DNA of 64,000 bases from Candidatus Omnitrophota bacterium. GTDB taxonomy: Bacteria; Omnitrophota; Gorgyraeia; Pluralincolimonadales; Pluralincolimonadaceae. How positions within the stretch are numbered: position 1 is the stretch's first letter; the number at the start of each line of letters is the position of its first letter. The position numbers and the translations under genes are program-made. Below are positions 9,565 through 22,743 of this stretch, one piece after another. The notes beneath the pieces are model-generated. The model did not search any database. It saw only the letters and a program-made list of their open reading frames with translations, and had not been told where the DNA came from. The stretch spans positions 190,289-254,288 of the forward strand of contig PLNR01000005.1 of NCBI GenBank assembly GCA_003141835.1, written 5' to 3'.

Positions 9565-11663
9565 AGATAATATATATAATACCAAGGCTTAATCCGGGCG
9601 GCGTGGAGCTGGGTGTGGTCGATTACTCCTCGAGGATGGTAAAACTCGGCCACAATATCGTCGTCATATCCAACGGCGGGGAGTTGCTAAGGCAGCTCGA
9701 GGCCAACGGCATAAAACATTATACCCTCCCGGTCCACAGCAAGAACCCGCTGACCGTCCTCAGCATGATACCGGCGGTCAGGAAAATACTGGTGCAGGAG
9801 AAGGCCGATATCCTGAACGCGGAGAGCAGGGTCCCGGCGATAATAGGTTATTACGCGGCGCGGAGCGCCGGCGTCGTCTTCATCACTACCTGCCACGCAT
9901 ATTATTCGAAGAAGCCATTAAGTTTCAGCAAGGTCATGGGCTGGGGCAAGCTCGTCATCGCTGTAAGCCAGGTGATAGCCAAGCACATGATAGACAATTT
10001 CAACGTCCCGTTCCGCAGGATAAGGCTCGTCTACAGGGGCGTTGATGTCGAGAAATTCAAATACAGGGAGCCGGACGAGTCGGTAAAACATGAATATACG
10101 ATAGGCATAGTAGGCAGGCTGACGCCGATAAAAGGGCATAAATATTTCATACGGGCGGTATCGAAAGCGGTAAAATACGTCCCGCGCATCAAGGCCCTCA
10201 TCGTGGGCGATGCCCCGCCGGAGAAGGAGAAGTACAAACAGGAGCTTGAGAGTCTTGTGAACAGGCTCGGCCTCTCCAGGTATGTAGAATTCCTCGGCGG
10301 CAGGAGCGATATCCCGGACATCCTCGCCAGGCTCGACCTCCTCGTCATGGCGAGCATAGTGCCTGAGGGGTTCGGCAGGGTCGTGGTGGAAGCGTTCGCC
10401 TCCGGCGTGCCGGTAGTTGCGACCGGCGTGGGCGGGGTCATGGAGATAATGAGGGACGGCGAGAACGGGCTTATCGTCCCGCCGGAAGACCCGCAGCCTA
10501 TGGGCGATGCGATCGTGAGGCTGCTGAAGGACCGTAAATTCGCCAGGGAGATCGCGCAGCGCGCCAGGAAAGACGTCGAGGAGAGGTTCAATCTTGACAG
10601 GCTGATAACCGAGACGTTGAGGGTATACGAGGAGGCGCTCGAGGTAAAAAGGATACTTATAATAAAGATAAGCGCCGTCGGCGACTGCGTCCTCGCCACG
10701 CCTTCGATCCGCGCCATCCGCCGTAAATATCCAAAGGCATATATCGCGCTGCTGATAGGCAGGGTAGAGAGCCAGGCGCTTAAGGGATGCCCGTATATCG
10801 ACGAGATGATAATATATGACAGGGAAGGCAGGGATAAGGGATGGCTCAGGTTCTTCGAACTGGCCGCCGAGGTAAGAAGGTACGGCTTCGAGGAAGTGGT
10901 CGACCTCCAGAACAGCTCAAAGAGCCACCTCTTCGCTTTCCTCAGCGCGGCCCCGCACAGGTACGGATACAGGAAAGGGAAATACTGGTTCCTGCTTAAC
11001 AGGACTATAGGGGAAGCCAAAGGGCCGCTCGCGCCGGTAGACCACCAGTTCAGGGTGTTGTCGATGATGGGCATCGAGGACGCGCCGAAGAAACTCGAGC
11101 TCTGGCCTTCGGCCGCGGATATTGAAAATGTAAAAAATATGCTTGATGCGGAGTGGGTGGGCGAGAACCAGACGCTCATAGGGATAAATCCGTCGGCGAG
11201 CCCGCGCTGGGCCACTAAAAAATGGCCCGCCGAGAATTTCGCGAGGCTTTGCGACCTGCTGGGCGAGCGGGAGATCAGGACCGTCCTCATAGGCGGCAGG
11301 TCTGAAGCCGACGCGAAGGCCGCGGCCGATATATTATCGCTCGCGAGGTCGAAGCCCATAAACCTGGCCGGGAGGACGTCGCTCCCCGAACTCGCGGCGC
11401 TCGTGAAAAGGTTCAAGTGCCTCGTTACAAGCGACAGCGCGCCTATGCACATGGCTGCTGCCATGTCTACGCCTTTTGTGGCGCTATTCGGCCCGACCGA
11501 TCCCGACCGCCACCTGCCGCCTTCGGGAAATTGCGCGGTCGTAAAGCGGGAGTTAGGGTGTTCGCCGTGCTATAAACCTGTATGTTCGGATATAAGGTGC
11601 ATGAGGGAGATAACCGTGGAAGACGTGTTGAAAGCGATCGACGGGGTGATGTCGCCGAAATGA
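9561..11663 (+). CDS. Fusion glycosyltransferase: N-terminal GT4 (GT-B, EX7E-type) domain plus C-terminal GT9 ADP-heptose:LPS heptosyltransferase domain
   Basis: N-terminal 360 aa with GT4 features (…SIVPEGFGRVVVEAFASGVPVVATGVGG…); C-terminal ~340 aa begins RILIIKISAVGDCVLATPSIRAI and carries the GT9 C-terminal TSDSAPMHMAAAMSTPFVALFGPTDP motif. Confidence 0.75.
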   Translation: MKIIYIIPRLNPGGVELGVVDYSSRMVKLGHNIVVISNGGELLRQLEANGIKHYTLPVHSKNPLTVLSMIPAVRKILVQEKADILNAESRVPAIIGYYAARSAGVVFITTCHAYYSKKPLSFSKVMGWGKLVIAVSQVIAKHMIDNFNVPFRRIRLVYRGVDVEKFKYREPDESVKHEYTIGIVGRLTPIKGHKYFIRAVSKAVKYVPRIKALIVGDAPPEKEKYKQELESLVNRLGLSRYVEFLGGRSDIPDILARLDLLVMASIVPEGFGRVVVEAFASGVPVVATGVGGVMEIMRDGENGLIVPPEDPQPMGDAIVRLLKDRKFAREIAQRARKDVEERFNLDRLITETLRVYEEALEVKRILIIKISAVGDCVLATPSIRAIRRKYPKAYIALLIGRVESQALKGCPYIDEMIIYDREGRDKGWLRFFELAAEVRRYGFEEVVDLQNSSKSHLFAFLSAAPHRYGYRKGKYWFLLNRTIGEAKGPLAPVDHQFRVLSMMGIEDAPKKLELWPSAADIENVKNMLDAEWVGENQTLIGINPSASPRWATKKWPAENFARLCDLLGEREIRTVLIGGRSEADAKAAADILSLARSKPINLAGRTSLPELAALVKRFKCLVTSDSAPMHMAAAMSTPFVALFGPTDPDRHLPPSGNCAVVKRELGCSPCYKPVCSDIRCMREITVEDVLKAIDGVMSPK

Positions 11664-12763
11664 GGATATTACTTGTAACGAGCAACCTGCGTATAGGGGG
11701 TATCGAAAGATATACCGTTACCCTGGCCAATGCCCTCCGGGAGATGGGGCATTCGGTCTTCGTGGCTTCGGCAGGAGGGGAGCTGGAGACACAGCTCTTG
11801 CCGGGGATCAAGGCGGTGAAGATCCCCCTGGGGACGAAATCGATCGCCAGCCCGAGGATAAGCGCGACCATCTTTAAATTATGGGAGTTAGTGAAAGAGG
11901 AGAAGATAGAGATAATACACGCCCAGACGAGGGTCGCGCAGTTCGCCGCATGCATAGTCTCCTGCATGACGAAGGTCCCTTATGTATCCACATGGCACGG
12001 TTTCTACAAGCCTCATTTTTTCAGGAAGGTCCTGCCTTGCTGGGGGGAAATGACGATAGCCATAAGTATGTCGGTCTATGACCACCTGAAAAATGATTTC
12101 CATAGGGACGAGAAGAAGATCCGGTTGATTTACAACGGGCTGGATATCTCAAGATTTGCGCGCGCATATACAGAGAAGGAAAAACAGGAAATAAGGAAAA
12201 GATATGGATTGAAAAGGGGTCCGGTTATCGGTATAATAGCGAGGCTTTCGGAAGAAAAGGGCCATATGGTCCTCGTCGAGGCGTTCAAATCCCTGCTCGA
12301 AGAGATCCCGGACGTCCAGTTGTTGATAGTCGGCAGCGGAAGGATCGAGGGCAAGATAAAGTCCAGGGTCTCGGAGCTCGGTATCGGGGCGAATGTGAAT
12401 TTCATCGGGAACACCCTGGATACCCACGACCTCCTTTCCGTGATGGATGTGTCGGTGAGGCCGAGCATAAAAGAAGGGTTCGGCCTGACCCTCGTCGAAG
12501 CTATGTTGATGGGCGTCCCGGTCGTTTCTTCCGATGTAGGCGATTTCAGGACGATGAATGAAGATTCGGAGATAGGGGTCTTGGCCGACCCGCTGGACAG
12601 CCGGAAACTCAAAGATGCTATCAAGATAATCTTGACCGACAGGGAATTTGCAATAAAGATAAGCGCTGCCGCGAAGAAATACGCCGAATCGCATTTTTCT
12701 GCGGATATGATGGCCAGGCAGGTGGAAAAGGTATACAGAGAGGTGATAGATGCGTCTAAGTAA
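11660..12763 (+). CDS. Glycosyltransferase family 4
   Basis: MRILLVTSNLRIGGIERY... and C-terminal EGFGLTLVEAMLMGVPVVSSDVGD motif; ATG overlaps the upstream stop (ATGA). Confidence 0.8.
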   Translation: MRILLVTSNLRIGGIERYTVTLANALREMGHSVFVASAGGELETQLLPGIKAVKIPLGTKSIASPRISATIFKLWELVKEEKIEIIHAQTRVAQFAACIVSCMTKVPYVSTWHGFYKPHFFRKVLPCWGEMTIAISMSVYDHLKNDFHRDEKKIRLIYNGLDISRFARAYTEKEKQEIRKRYGLKRGPVIGIIARLSEEKGHMVLVEAFKSLLEEIPDVQLLIVGSGRIEGKIKSRVSELGIGANVNFIGNTLDTHDLLSVMDVSVRPSIKEGFGLTLVEAMLMGVPVVSSDVGDFRTMNEDSEIGVLADPLDSRKLKDAIKIILTDREFAIKISAAAKKYAESHFSADMMARQVEKVYREVIDASK

Positions 12764-13559
12764 TTCAAGGAAGATAACCATAATAATCGTCTTGGCTGCG
12801 GCCGCGGTCCTGTATTTCGGCGGGCGCAGTTCCCTTGAGAAGTGTTATTACCCGCCGATACTCATGTACCACTCGATCGACGACCATGGTTCAAAGCTTA
12901 AGTTGAGCGTCCCGGTAAAAGAGCTGCGGGCGCAGATGAAATATCTCAGGGACAAAAAATATGACATAGTTTCGTCCGCGCAGCTTGCTGAAATGATAAA
13001 AAGCGGGGAAAAAATACCGCACAATATCGTGGCGGTGACCTTAGATGACGGCTACATGGATAATTACGTGAACGCATTCCCGATATTTAAGGAGTATAAG
13101 ATACCCGCGACCATCTTCGTCATCTCCGGTTCCATAGGAAAGCCGGATTTCCTTACGGCGGCGCAGATGAAGGAGATGTCTGACGCGGGCATCGATATCG
13201 AGAGCCATTCGGTCACGCATCCCTTTATAGAAGGGCTTACGCCGGACGGGTTCAAGAAGGAAGTTGTCGAATCCAAGAAGGCGATAGAGAAGATCACCGG
13301 CAAATCCGTAGATACTTTTTGTTACCCTTACGGCGGGTTCAAGGATTTTGCGCCGGATGTGCTGAAGGACGCGGGATACGATGCGGCATTCGTGACCATG
13401 CCCCGCGATAACTCGATAGCCGTCGATGCCTACCGGTTAAAACGCGTGAAGATCGCTTCAGGCCCGTTTGGTTCGCTGGATTTCAGGATAAAGGCATCGG
13501 GATACTACATGTGGTTTAAGGCGCACAGGTGGAAAAAGAAAAAATCGACAGAATACTGA
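12750..13559 (+). CDS. Membrane-anchored polysaccharide deacetylase (NodB homology domain)
   Basis: N-terminal TM then VAVTLDDGY...ATIFVI...HSVTHP, the NodB/CE4 motifs. Confidence 0.75.
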   Translation: MRLSNSRKITIIIVLAAAAVLYFGGRSSLEKCYYPPILMYHSIDDHGSKLKLSVPVKELRAQMKYLRDKKYDIVSSAQLAEMIKSGEKIPHNIVAVTLDDGYMDNYVNAFPIFKEYKIPATIFVISGSIGKPDFLTAAQMKEMSDAGIDIESHSVTHPFIEGLTPDGFKKEVVESKKAIEKITGKSVDTFCYPYGGFKDFAPDVLKDAGYDAAFVTMPRDNSIAVDAYRLKRVKIASGPFGSLDFRIKASGYYMWFKAHRWKKKKSTEY

Positions 13560-14572
13560 TAGTCAACGTCAACTGGATAGGGGACGTCCTCTTCTCTACG
13601 CCTGCCATACGCGCTCTGCGTAAACATTATCCAAGCGCGCATATAGCCTGCATGGTCGTACCCCGCTGCAAAGACGTGCTCGAGTTGAACCCGCACCTGG
13701 ACGAGCTGATAATATACGACGAGAAGGGGGAGACCAAAGGGCTGATAAGCAAGTTAAAGCTCATCTCGGCCCTCAAAGCGCGCCGTTTCGATTGCGTCTT
13801 CCTGTTCCACCGGTCGCTTACCCGGACCCTTATGGTCGCGCTCTCCGGGATAAAGGAGCGCGTAGGGATAGACAACCCGAAAAGGGGTTTCCTCCTTTCG
13901 AAGAGGATAAAACCCCAGCCGTCAGATATCCATAAAGTCGAGCAGTTCCTTAATATAGTGAAAGTGATCACGGGCGAGGATGACGGCAAGAGCATGGAGT
14001 TATTTACCGGCAAGGAAGACGAGGATTTCGCCGTCGAGTTCCTGAAATCGAACGGCATAGGAGCCGGCGGCCGGTTCATAATATTGAATCCCGGCGGAAA
14101 TTGGGACCCGAAGCGCTGGCCTTCCGAGAATTTCGCCGCGCTGGGCGACAAGCTGTACGAAAAGTATAACGTGCCCATTATTATTACCGGGGCGGAGAAA
14201 GACATCGAATTGGGCAAGAAGATATACGGCATGATGGAGCATAAGCCGGTCATCTCCGCCGGCAAGACCACCCTAAGGCAGCTGGCCGCGATAATGAAAC
14301 GCGCTTCACTCGTCATTTCGAATGATTCCGGCCCGATGCACATAGCGGTGAGCCAGGGAGCCAGGACGATAGCGATATTCGGCCCTACCGATCCCAAGAT
14401 CACCGGGCCGTACGGCGACGGGAAATATACGGTCATACAGAAGAGTTCAGGGAAGCCCGGATGCGAGATCCCGTGTTATAACCTGAGGTGCGAAGATGCC
14501 CTTTGCATGAAGGCCGTTACCGTGGAGGATGTCATGCGGGAGGCGGAGAAGCTCCTCGAATGGAAGACGTAA
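13529..14572 (+). CDS. ADP-heptose:LPS heptosyltransferase (GT9)
   Basis: RILIVNVNWIGDVLFSTPAIRALRKHYP and the C-terminal ISNDSGPMHIAVSQGARTIAIFGPTDP GT9 signature; GTG start. Confidence 0.8.
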   Translation: MEKEKIDRILIVNVNWIGDVLFSTPAIRALRKHYPSAHIACMVVPRCKDVLELNPHLDELIIYDEKGETKGLISKLKLISALKARRFDCVFLFHRSLTRTLMVALSGIKERVGIDNPKRGFLLSKRIKPQPSDIHKVEQFLNIVKVITGEDDGKSMELFTGKEDEDFAVEFLKSNGIGAGGRFIILNPGGNWDPKRWPSENFAALGDKLYEKYNVPIIITGAEKDIELGKKIYGMMEHKPVISAGKTTLRQLAAIMKRASLVISNDSGPMHIAVSQGARTIAIFGPTDPKITGPYGDGKYTVIQKSSGKPGCEIPCYNLRCEDALCMKAVTVEDVMREAEKLLEWKT

Positions 14573-15549
14573 AAAAGATACTCGTAGTAACGCTTAGCAA
14601 TATCGGCGATGTTGTCCTGACACTGCCGGTCATCGGCTCGCTGCGGGAAAATTTCAAGGACGCGACCATAGATGTAGTAGCGGGGTCACGTGCCTCCGAA
14701 CTCCTCGAGGCCGACCCGCGCATAGGGAAGTTGTATGTCTATGACAAGTCCTCGACGCTGGCCTCCAAAATAATGCTTTTGGCCCGCCTTAGGCGCAACA
14801 GGTACGACCTGCTCGTCGACCTGCGCAACAGCCTCTTCGGTCTTTTCGTGGGAGCGAGATACTGCCCCGCTGAGGCGGGACTTTGCAATAAAAGGTCGAA
14901 AGGCGGGACCGGAGAGGTCTGCCATAAGATAGACGAACATTTGGCGAAGATAAGGGAGTTAGGCGTTGCCGCAGGCGGGCCGTATCCCGTATGGATAGGC
15001 AGGGAGGATTCCGAAAGGGCGTCGAGGCTGTTGACCGAAAAGGGGATACTCGGAGACGATAAATATATATGCGTGAGCCCCGGCGCGAAGAGCCATATTA
15101 AGAGGTGGAGGGAAGACGGGTTTGCCGAGGCATGCGATATGCTGATCGACGCCTTCAAGGTGAAGATTGTGTTCGTCGGAGATGCCTCCGATAAAGAGAT
15201 CTGCGAAAAGATACTGGGAAAGATGAGGAATTACGCGGTATCCGCGGCCGGCCTGACGAACCTGCGCGAGCTGGCGTATATCATAAAGAGGTCGCAGCTC
15301 CTCGTGACCAACGACAGCGCCCCCCTGCATATAGCGGGTTCTGTCGGTACGCCCGCGGTCGCGATATTCGGGCCGACCGACAGCAGGAAGTACGGGCCCA
15401 GGCCAGGCGCCGGGTCCGCGGTATTTAAGGAGCTCCATTGCTCGCCGTGTGAAACGGCATTGTGCAGGTATAACCTCGAATGCATGAAGGCCGTCAGCGC
15501 CGATGAGGTCTTTGACGCGGCGAAGAAGATACTCGATGAAAGAAAATAA
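14560..15549 (+). CDS. ADP-heptose:LPS heptosyltransferase (GT9), second tandem paralog
   Basis: KILVVTLSNIGDVVLTLPVI and VTNDSAPLHIAGSVGTPAVAIFGPTD; ATG overlaps the upstream gene. Confidence 0.8.
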   Translation: MEDVKKILVVTLSNIGDVVLTLPVIGSLRENFKDATIDVVAGSRASELLEADPRIGKLYVYDKSSTLASKIMLLARLRRNRYDLLVDLRNSLFGLFVGARYCPAEAGLCNKRSKGGTGEVCHKIDEHLAKIRELGVAAGGPYPVWIGREDSERASRLLTEKGILGDDKYICVSPGAKSHIKRWREDGFAEACDMLIDAFKVKIVFVGDASDKEICEKILGKMRNYAVSAAGLTNLRELAYIIKRSQLLVTNDSAPLHIAGSVGTPAVAIFGPTDSRKYGPRPGAGSAVFKELHCSPCETALCRYNLECMKAVSADEVFDAAKKILDERK

Positions 15550-16582
15550 AAGAAAATACAGGATACTGGTCGTCAGGATGGACAGGATAGGCGACGTCCT
15601 CCTTTCCACCCCGGCGATAAAAGCCGTAAGGGAGGCGCATCCAAACGCCCACATAGCGGCCATGGTGCAGCCGTATGTGGAGGATATCGTCGACGGCAAC
15701 CCCTACCTGGACGAGGTCATACTCTACGACAAGGATAATAAGCATAAAGGGTTCTTCGGCAGCCTGGCTTTAATACTGGAGTTGAGGAGGAAGGGTTTTG
15801 ATCTCGCGATAATCCTGCATCCGACGGTCAGGTCCAACCTCGTGGCTTTCCTGGCCGGTATACGGGAGCGTGTCGGTTACGACAGGAACTGGGGTTTTCT
15901 CCTGACGAAGCGGATAAAGGACACGAAGCATCTCGGCGAGAAACACGAGATAGATTATAATTTTGACGTCCTCCGCGCGGCCGGAATAACGGCGAAAGAC
16001 AGGGCTTTGTACATGCCCGTAAAACCCGAATACGAGAGGGTGATCGCCAGGTTCCTGGCGTTAAACGACCTCGGCAGTAAGGATGTCATAGTCGCGGTCC
16101 ATCCCGGCGCGAGCTGCCGTTCGAAACGCTGGCCCGCGTACAGGTTCGGGCGGGTGGCCGACGAACTGATGGACAAGTATAACATAAAGATAGTCATAAT
16201 CGGCGGGCCGTCCGACGTCAATACGGTAAAGGAAGTCGAGACCGGGATGCTCCATAAGCCCATAGTATTATCCGAAGAACACTCGCTCGGCGAGGTCGCC
16301 GCGCTGCTTAAGAAATGCAAACTGCTTATCTCGAACGATTCCGGGCCGGTCCATATCGCGGTCGCGGTCGGGACGCCGGTCATCTCGATATTCGGCCGCC
16401 TCGATCCGGGGCTCTCCCCGCAGAGGTGGGGGCCTGTCGGCCAGTACGACATCGTCATCCATAAAGATGTAGGATGCGAGGAATGCCTCGCCCACAACTG
16501 CAAACTCAGCTTCAAATGCCTCGACGCCATCACAGTCGAGGAAGTCTTCTCCGCCGCAGAACGCCTCCTCACCAGGGACTGA
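15536..16582 (+). CDS. ADP-heptose:LPS heptosyltransferase (GT9), third tandem paralog
   Basis: RILVVRMDRIGDVLLSTPAIKAV and ISNDSGPVHIAVAVGTPVISIFG. Confidence 0.8.
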   Translation: MKENKRKYRILVVRMDRIGDVLLSTPAIKAVREAHPNAHIAAMVQPYVEDIVDGNPYLDEVILYDKDNKHKGFFGSLALILELRRKGFDLAIILHPTVRSNLVAFLAGIRERVGYDRNWGFLLTKRIKDTKHLGEKHEIDYNFDVLRAAGITAKDRALYMPVKPEYERVIARFLALNDLGSKDVIVAVHPGASCRSKRWPAYRFGRVADELMDKYNIKIVIIGGPSDVNTVKEVETGMLHKPIVLSEEHSLGEVAALLKKCKLLISNDSGPVHIAVAVGTPVISIFGRLDPGLSPQRWGPVGQYDIVIHKDVGCEECLAHNCKLSFKCLDAITVEEVFSAAERLLTRD

Positions 16583-16622
16583 CAGCCCCCTTACACAACC
16601 CGCTGTGATGAAAGGATATGGA

Positions 16623-16651
16623 TTGACATCCCGCCGGGTTGGTGGTAAACT
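16623..16651 (+). promoter_or_regulatory. Candidate promoter TTGACA-N17-TAAACT upstream of hldD
   Basis: Hexamers at 16623-16628 and 16646-16651, 25 nt before the hldD ATG. Confidence 0.3.
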
Positions 16652-16676
16652 TTGGAAGAACAAGGGGTTATCAATA

Positions 16677-17594
16677 ATGAAATTCCTGGTGACAGGGGCC
16701 GCGGGCCTGATCGGCTCCAACCTCGCTTTAGAACTCCAAAAACACGGCAAAGTCATCGCCTTGGACGACCTTTCAGAGGGCAAGAGGGAGAACCTCGCCC
16801 GCTACGACGGCGATTTCATGCACGCCGATATCCGCAACGCGAATTACCCGAAATTCCTCAAAGAATGCGACGCGATATTCCATGAGGCCGCGATAACCGA
16901 CACCACGGTCACCGACAGGAACCTGATGTTCTCGGTCAACGTCGACGCCTTCAAGCGCCTACTTATTTACGCGAAATCCATCGGCTGCAAAAAGATAGTC
17001 TATGCCTCAAGCGCCGCGACTTACGGGAAAGGCAAGGTCCCGATGAAAGAGGCCGACAGGCCGGCCCCGGCTAACATCTACGGCGAGAGCAAGGTCAGGA
17101 TGGAACAGGCCGCGAAGGCCTTCGTGAAGGAGAATCCGGATTTCTCGGTCATCGGCCTGCGGTATTTCAACGTATATGGCCCGGGCGAGACGCACAAGAA
17201 AAAGGCCGCAAGCATGATCTACCAGCTATACCTGCAGATGGCGGCGGGAAAGAGCCCGAGGATATTCAAGTGGGGCGAACAGTACCGCGATTTCGTATAC
17301 GTCAAAGATGTGGTCGGCGCGAATTTGAAAGCCTTAAAATATAATAAGAGCGGCGTATTCAACGTCGGGACCGGCGAGCCGAATACTTTCAATAAGGTGA
17401 TAGAAGTCCTGGATAAGGCGATGAAGAAAAACCTGCAGCCGGAGTATTTCGACAACCCCTACGGTTTTTACCAGGACAGGACGCACGCGGACATGTCCTG
17501 GAGCAGGGCCGAACTTAAGTTCATCCCCCAATACGGCGTCGAAAAAGGCATAAAAGATTATGTATCCATCCTCAAAAAAAAGAAAAGGCGCTGA
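16677..17594 (+). CDS. hldD: ADP-L-glycero-D-manno-heptose 6-epimerase (SDR family)
   Basis: MKFLVTGAAGLIGSNL Rossmann start, YGESK catalytic motif and YFNVYGPGE region typical of HldD/RfaD; heptose-pathway neighbours. Confidence 0.75.
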   Translation: MKFLVTGAAGLIGSNLALELQKHGKVIALDDLSEGKRENLARYDGDFMHADIRNANYPKFLKECDAIFHEAAITDTTVTDRNLMFSVNVDAFKRLLIYAKSIGCKKIVYASSAATYGKGKVPMKEADRPAPANIYGESKVRMEQAAKAFVKENPDFSVIGLRYFNVYGPGETHKKKAASMIYQLYLQMAAGKSPRIFKWGEQYRDFVYVKDVVGANLKALKYNKSGVFNVGTGEPNTFNKVIEVLDKAMKKNLQPEYFDNPYGFYQDRTHADMSWSRAELKFIPQYGVEKGIKDYVSILKKKKRR

Positions 17595-17595
17595 T

Positions 17596-18600
17596 ATGCT
17601 AAAGCATGACGACCTCTCGAAAATAGAGCATACGATATCGAAATTCAACGGCTTGAAGATACTGGTCATCGGCGACCTGATACTGGACGAGTTCATCTGG
17701 GGCGATTCGTCGAGGATCTCGCCGGAGGCGCCGGTGCCTGTCGTCCTGGTCGAGCGCGAGTCGCTTATGCCGGGCGGCGCGGCTAACGTAGCGAACAACA
17801 TCAGCGCGATCGGGGCGAAAGCATATCTCGCCGGCGTGGTCGGCAAAGACGAACACGGCCGGCAGCTCGAGACCATCCTGAGGAAAAAGGGCGTAAACAT
17901 AGAGGGCATCGTCTCGGATCCCGGCAGGCCCACGACATTGAAGACGAGGGTTGTAGCGCGCCACCAGCAGGTCGTAAGGATAGACCGGGAGAATTCCAGC
18001 CATTTAAGCGGGCCGGTCCATAAGGAACTCGCGGATTATATAAAGAGAAAGATAAAAGATGTCGACGGCATAATAATAGAGGATTACGGCAAGGGGGTCA
18101 TAACCCCGGCCGTCCTGAAAGAGGTGATCCCGCTTGCGAGGAAATACAGGAAAGTGATAGCCGTCGACCCGAAGGAAGAGCATATTTCATATTACAAAGG
18201 GGTGACCGTCATAACTCCCAACCGCAAAGAGGCGGAGGCGATGGGCGGCATAAAGGCCTCTGACGACGCGTCATTGGACAGGCTGGGCCGGTCCCTCCTC
18301 GAAAGGTTAAAACTGCAGGCTGCGCTCATCACATTGGGCGAACAGGGCATGCGGCTCTTCGAGCGCGGAGGCAGGATAACGCATATCCCGACGGTTGCGC
18401 AGGAGGTATTTGACGTATCGGGCGCCGGGGACACGGTGATCGCGGTCTTCGCGGCGGCTTTATGCGCCGGCGCGAAGATGATAGAGGCCGCGCATATATC
18501 CAATTTCGCCGGAGGGATAGTGGTAGGCAAGGTCGGCGTCGCGACGACATCGCAGGCGGAATTGAAAGCGCGCATAAAAGACCACCATTGGCAGGCTTAA
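17596..18600 (+). CDS. hldE: D-glycero-beta-D-manno-heptose-7-phosphate kinase (HldE domain I only; no adenylyltransferase domain)
   Basis: Ribokinase/PfkB fold with ILVIGDLILDEFIWG...APVPVV...GAGDT; length 334 aa matches the kinase domain alone. Confidence 0.8.
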   Translation: MLKHDDLSKIEHTISKFNGLKILVIGDLILDEFIWGDSSRISPEAPVPVVLVERESLMPGGAANVANNISAIGAKAYLAGVVGKDEHGRQLETILRKKGVNIEGIVSDPGRPTTLKTRVVARHQQVVRIDRENSSHLSGPVHKELADYIKRKIKDVDGIIIEDYGKGVITPAVLKEVIPLARKYRKVIAVDPKEEHISYYKGVTVITPNRKEAEAMGGIKASDDASLDRLGRSLLERLKLQAALITLGEQGMRLFERGGRITHIPTVAQEVFDVSGAGDTVIAVFAAALCAGAKMIEAAHISNFAGGIVVGKVGVATTSQAELKARIKDHHWQA

Positions 18601-18603
18601 GTA

Positions 18604-21781
<3,178 letters not shown>

Positions 21782-21785
21782 GGAT

Positions 21786-22742
21786 ATGATGAAGCGGGCG
21801 AAGGAAGTACTCAGGATCGAGGCCGACGCGGTCTCCTCGCTTATAAAGCGGGTCGACGCGAATTTTGAAAAGGCGGTCAGGTTGATGCTTGCCTGCAAAG
21901 GCAAGGTGGTCGTGACCGGAATGGGAAAACCCGGCTTTATAAGCGCAAAAATTTCGGCGACATTGTCGTCTACCGGGACGCCCAGCCTATACCTGCATCC
22001 GGCCGACGCGATACACGGCGACCTGGGCAGGGTCACGAAAGACGATGTCGTCCTGGCCATATCGAATTCCGGAGAGACCGAGGAGATAATGAGGCTCCTG
22101 CCGACTTTAAGGAAGATCGGCGCTAAGCTCATAGCCATGGTAGGGAATACGGAATCCTCGCTCGCAAGGTACAGCGATGTCGTGCTTAACGTTGCGGTCA
22201 AGAGGGAGGCGTGTCCCCTGAACCTCGCGCCTACCGCTTCGACGACAGCGATGCTCGCCTTTGGGGATGCGCTCGCGATAGCGCTTCTCGACCGCCGCGG
22301 TTTTAAAGAAGAAGATTTTGCGTTCTATCATCCGGGCGGCTCCCTGGGCAAGAGGCTTATCCTCAAGGTCGGAGATATCATGAGGAAAGGCAAAGCAAAC
22401 CCTGTGGTGAAAGAGGACGAGAAGGTAAAGACCGTCCTCCTTAAGATAACCGAGGCGAGGGCCGGTTCGGCAGGCGTCGTTAACAAGAAAGGTGTTCTCG
22501 TCGGCATATTCACCGACGGCGACCTGAGGCGGCATCTGGGCAAGGACGCTGCACTCCCGCTCAGGCAGGTCAGGGAGGTCATGACCAGGAGCCCTATCAC
22601 GATATCGAAAGAGATGCTCGCCGCGGACGCGTTCCGGATCCTGCGCGAGAAGAAGATAGACGAGATACCGGTCGTCGATGGTAAGAGGAGGCCCATAGGC
22701 CTTGTCGACGTGCAGGACCTCCTGAAGGCGGGGCTCGTTTAG
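21786..22742 (+). CDS. kdsD: Arabinose-5-phosphate isomerase (KpsF/GutQ family, SIS + tandem CBS)
   Basis: SIS domain GKVVVTGMGKPGFISAKI followed by a CBS pair. Confidence 0.85.
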   Translation: MMKRAKEVLRIEADAVSSLIKRVDANFEKAVRLMLACKGKVVVTGMGKPGFISAKISATLSSTGTPSLYLHPADAIHGDLGRVTKDDVVLAISNSGETEEIMRLLPTLRKIGAKLIAMVGNTESSLARYSDVVLNVAVKREACPLNLAPTASTTAMLAFGDALAIALLDRRGFKEEDFAFYHPGGSLGKRLILKVGDIMRKGKANPVVKEDEKVKTVLLKITEARAGSAGVVNKKGVLVGIFTDGDLRRHLGKDAALPLRQVREVMTRSPITISKEMLAADAFRILREKKIDEIPVVDGKRRPIGLVDVQDLLKAGLV

Positions 22743-22743
22743 G

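Noticed and set aside
10031-11464. 477-aa minus-strand ORF (plus many other minus ORFs of 100-480 aa, e.g. 53185-54009, 60710-62140, 49994-51079, 40325-41515)
   Set aside because: Each lies entirely antisense to a well-supported + strand gene and has low-complexity, Ser/Ala/Arg-rich translations typical of shadow ORFs in GC-rich DNA. No independent motifs or RBS were seen.
17560-17595. Longer hldE start (MYPSSKKRKGAD...) overlapping the end of hldD
   Set aside because: The downstream ATG at 17596 gives the conserved MLKHDDL kinase N-terminus, and the extension is simply the hldD C-terminal region in another frame.
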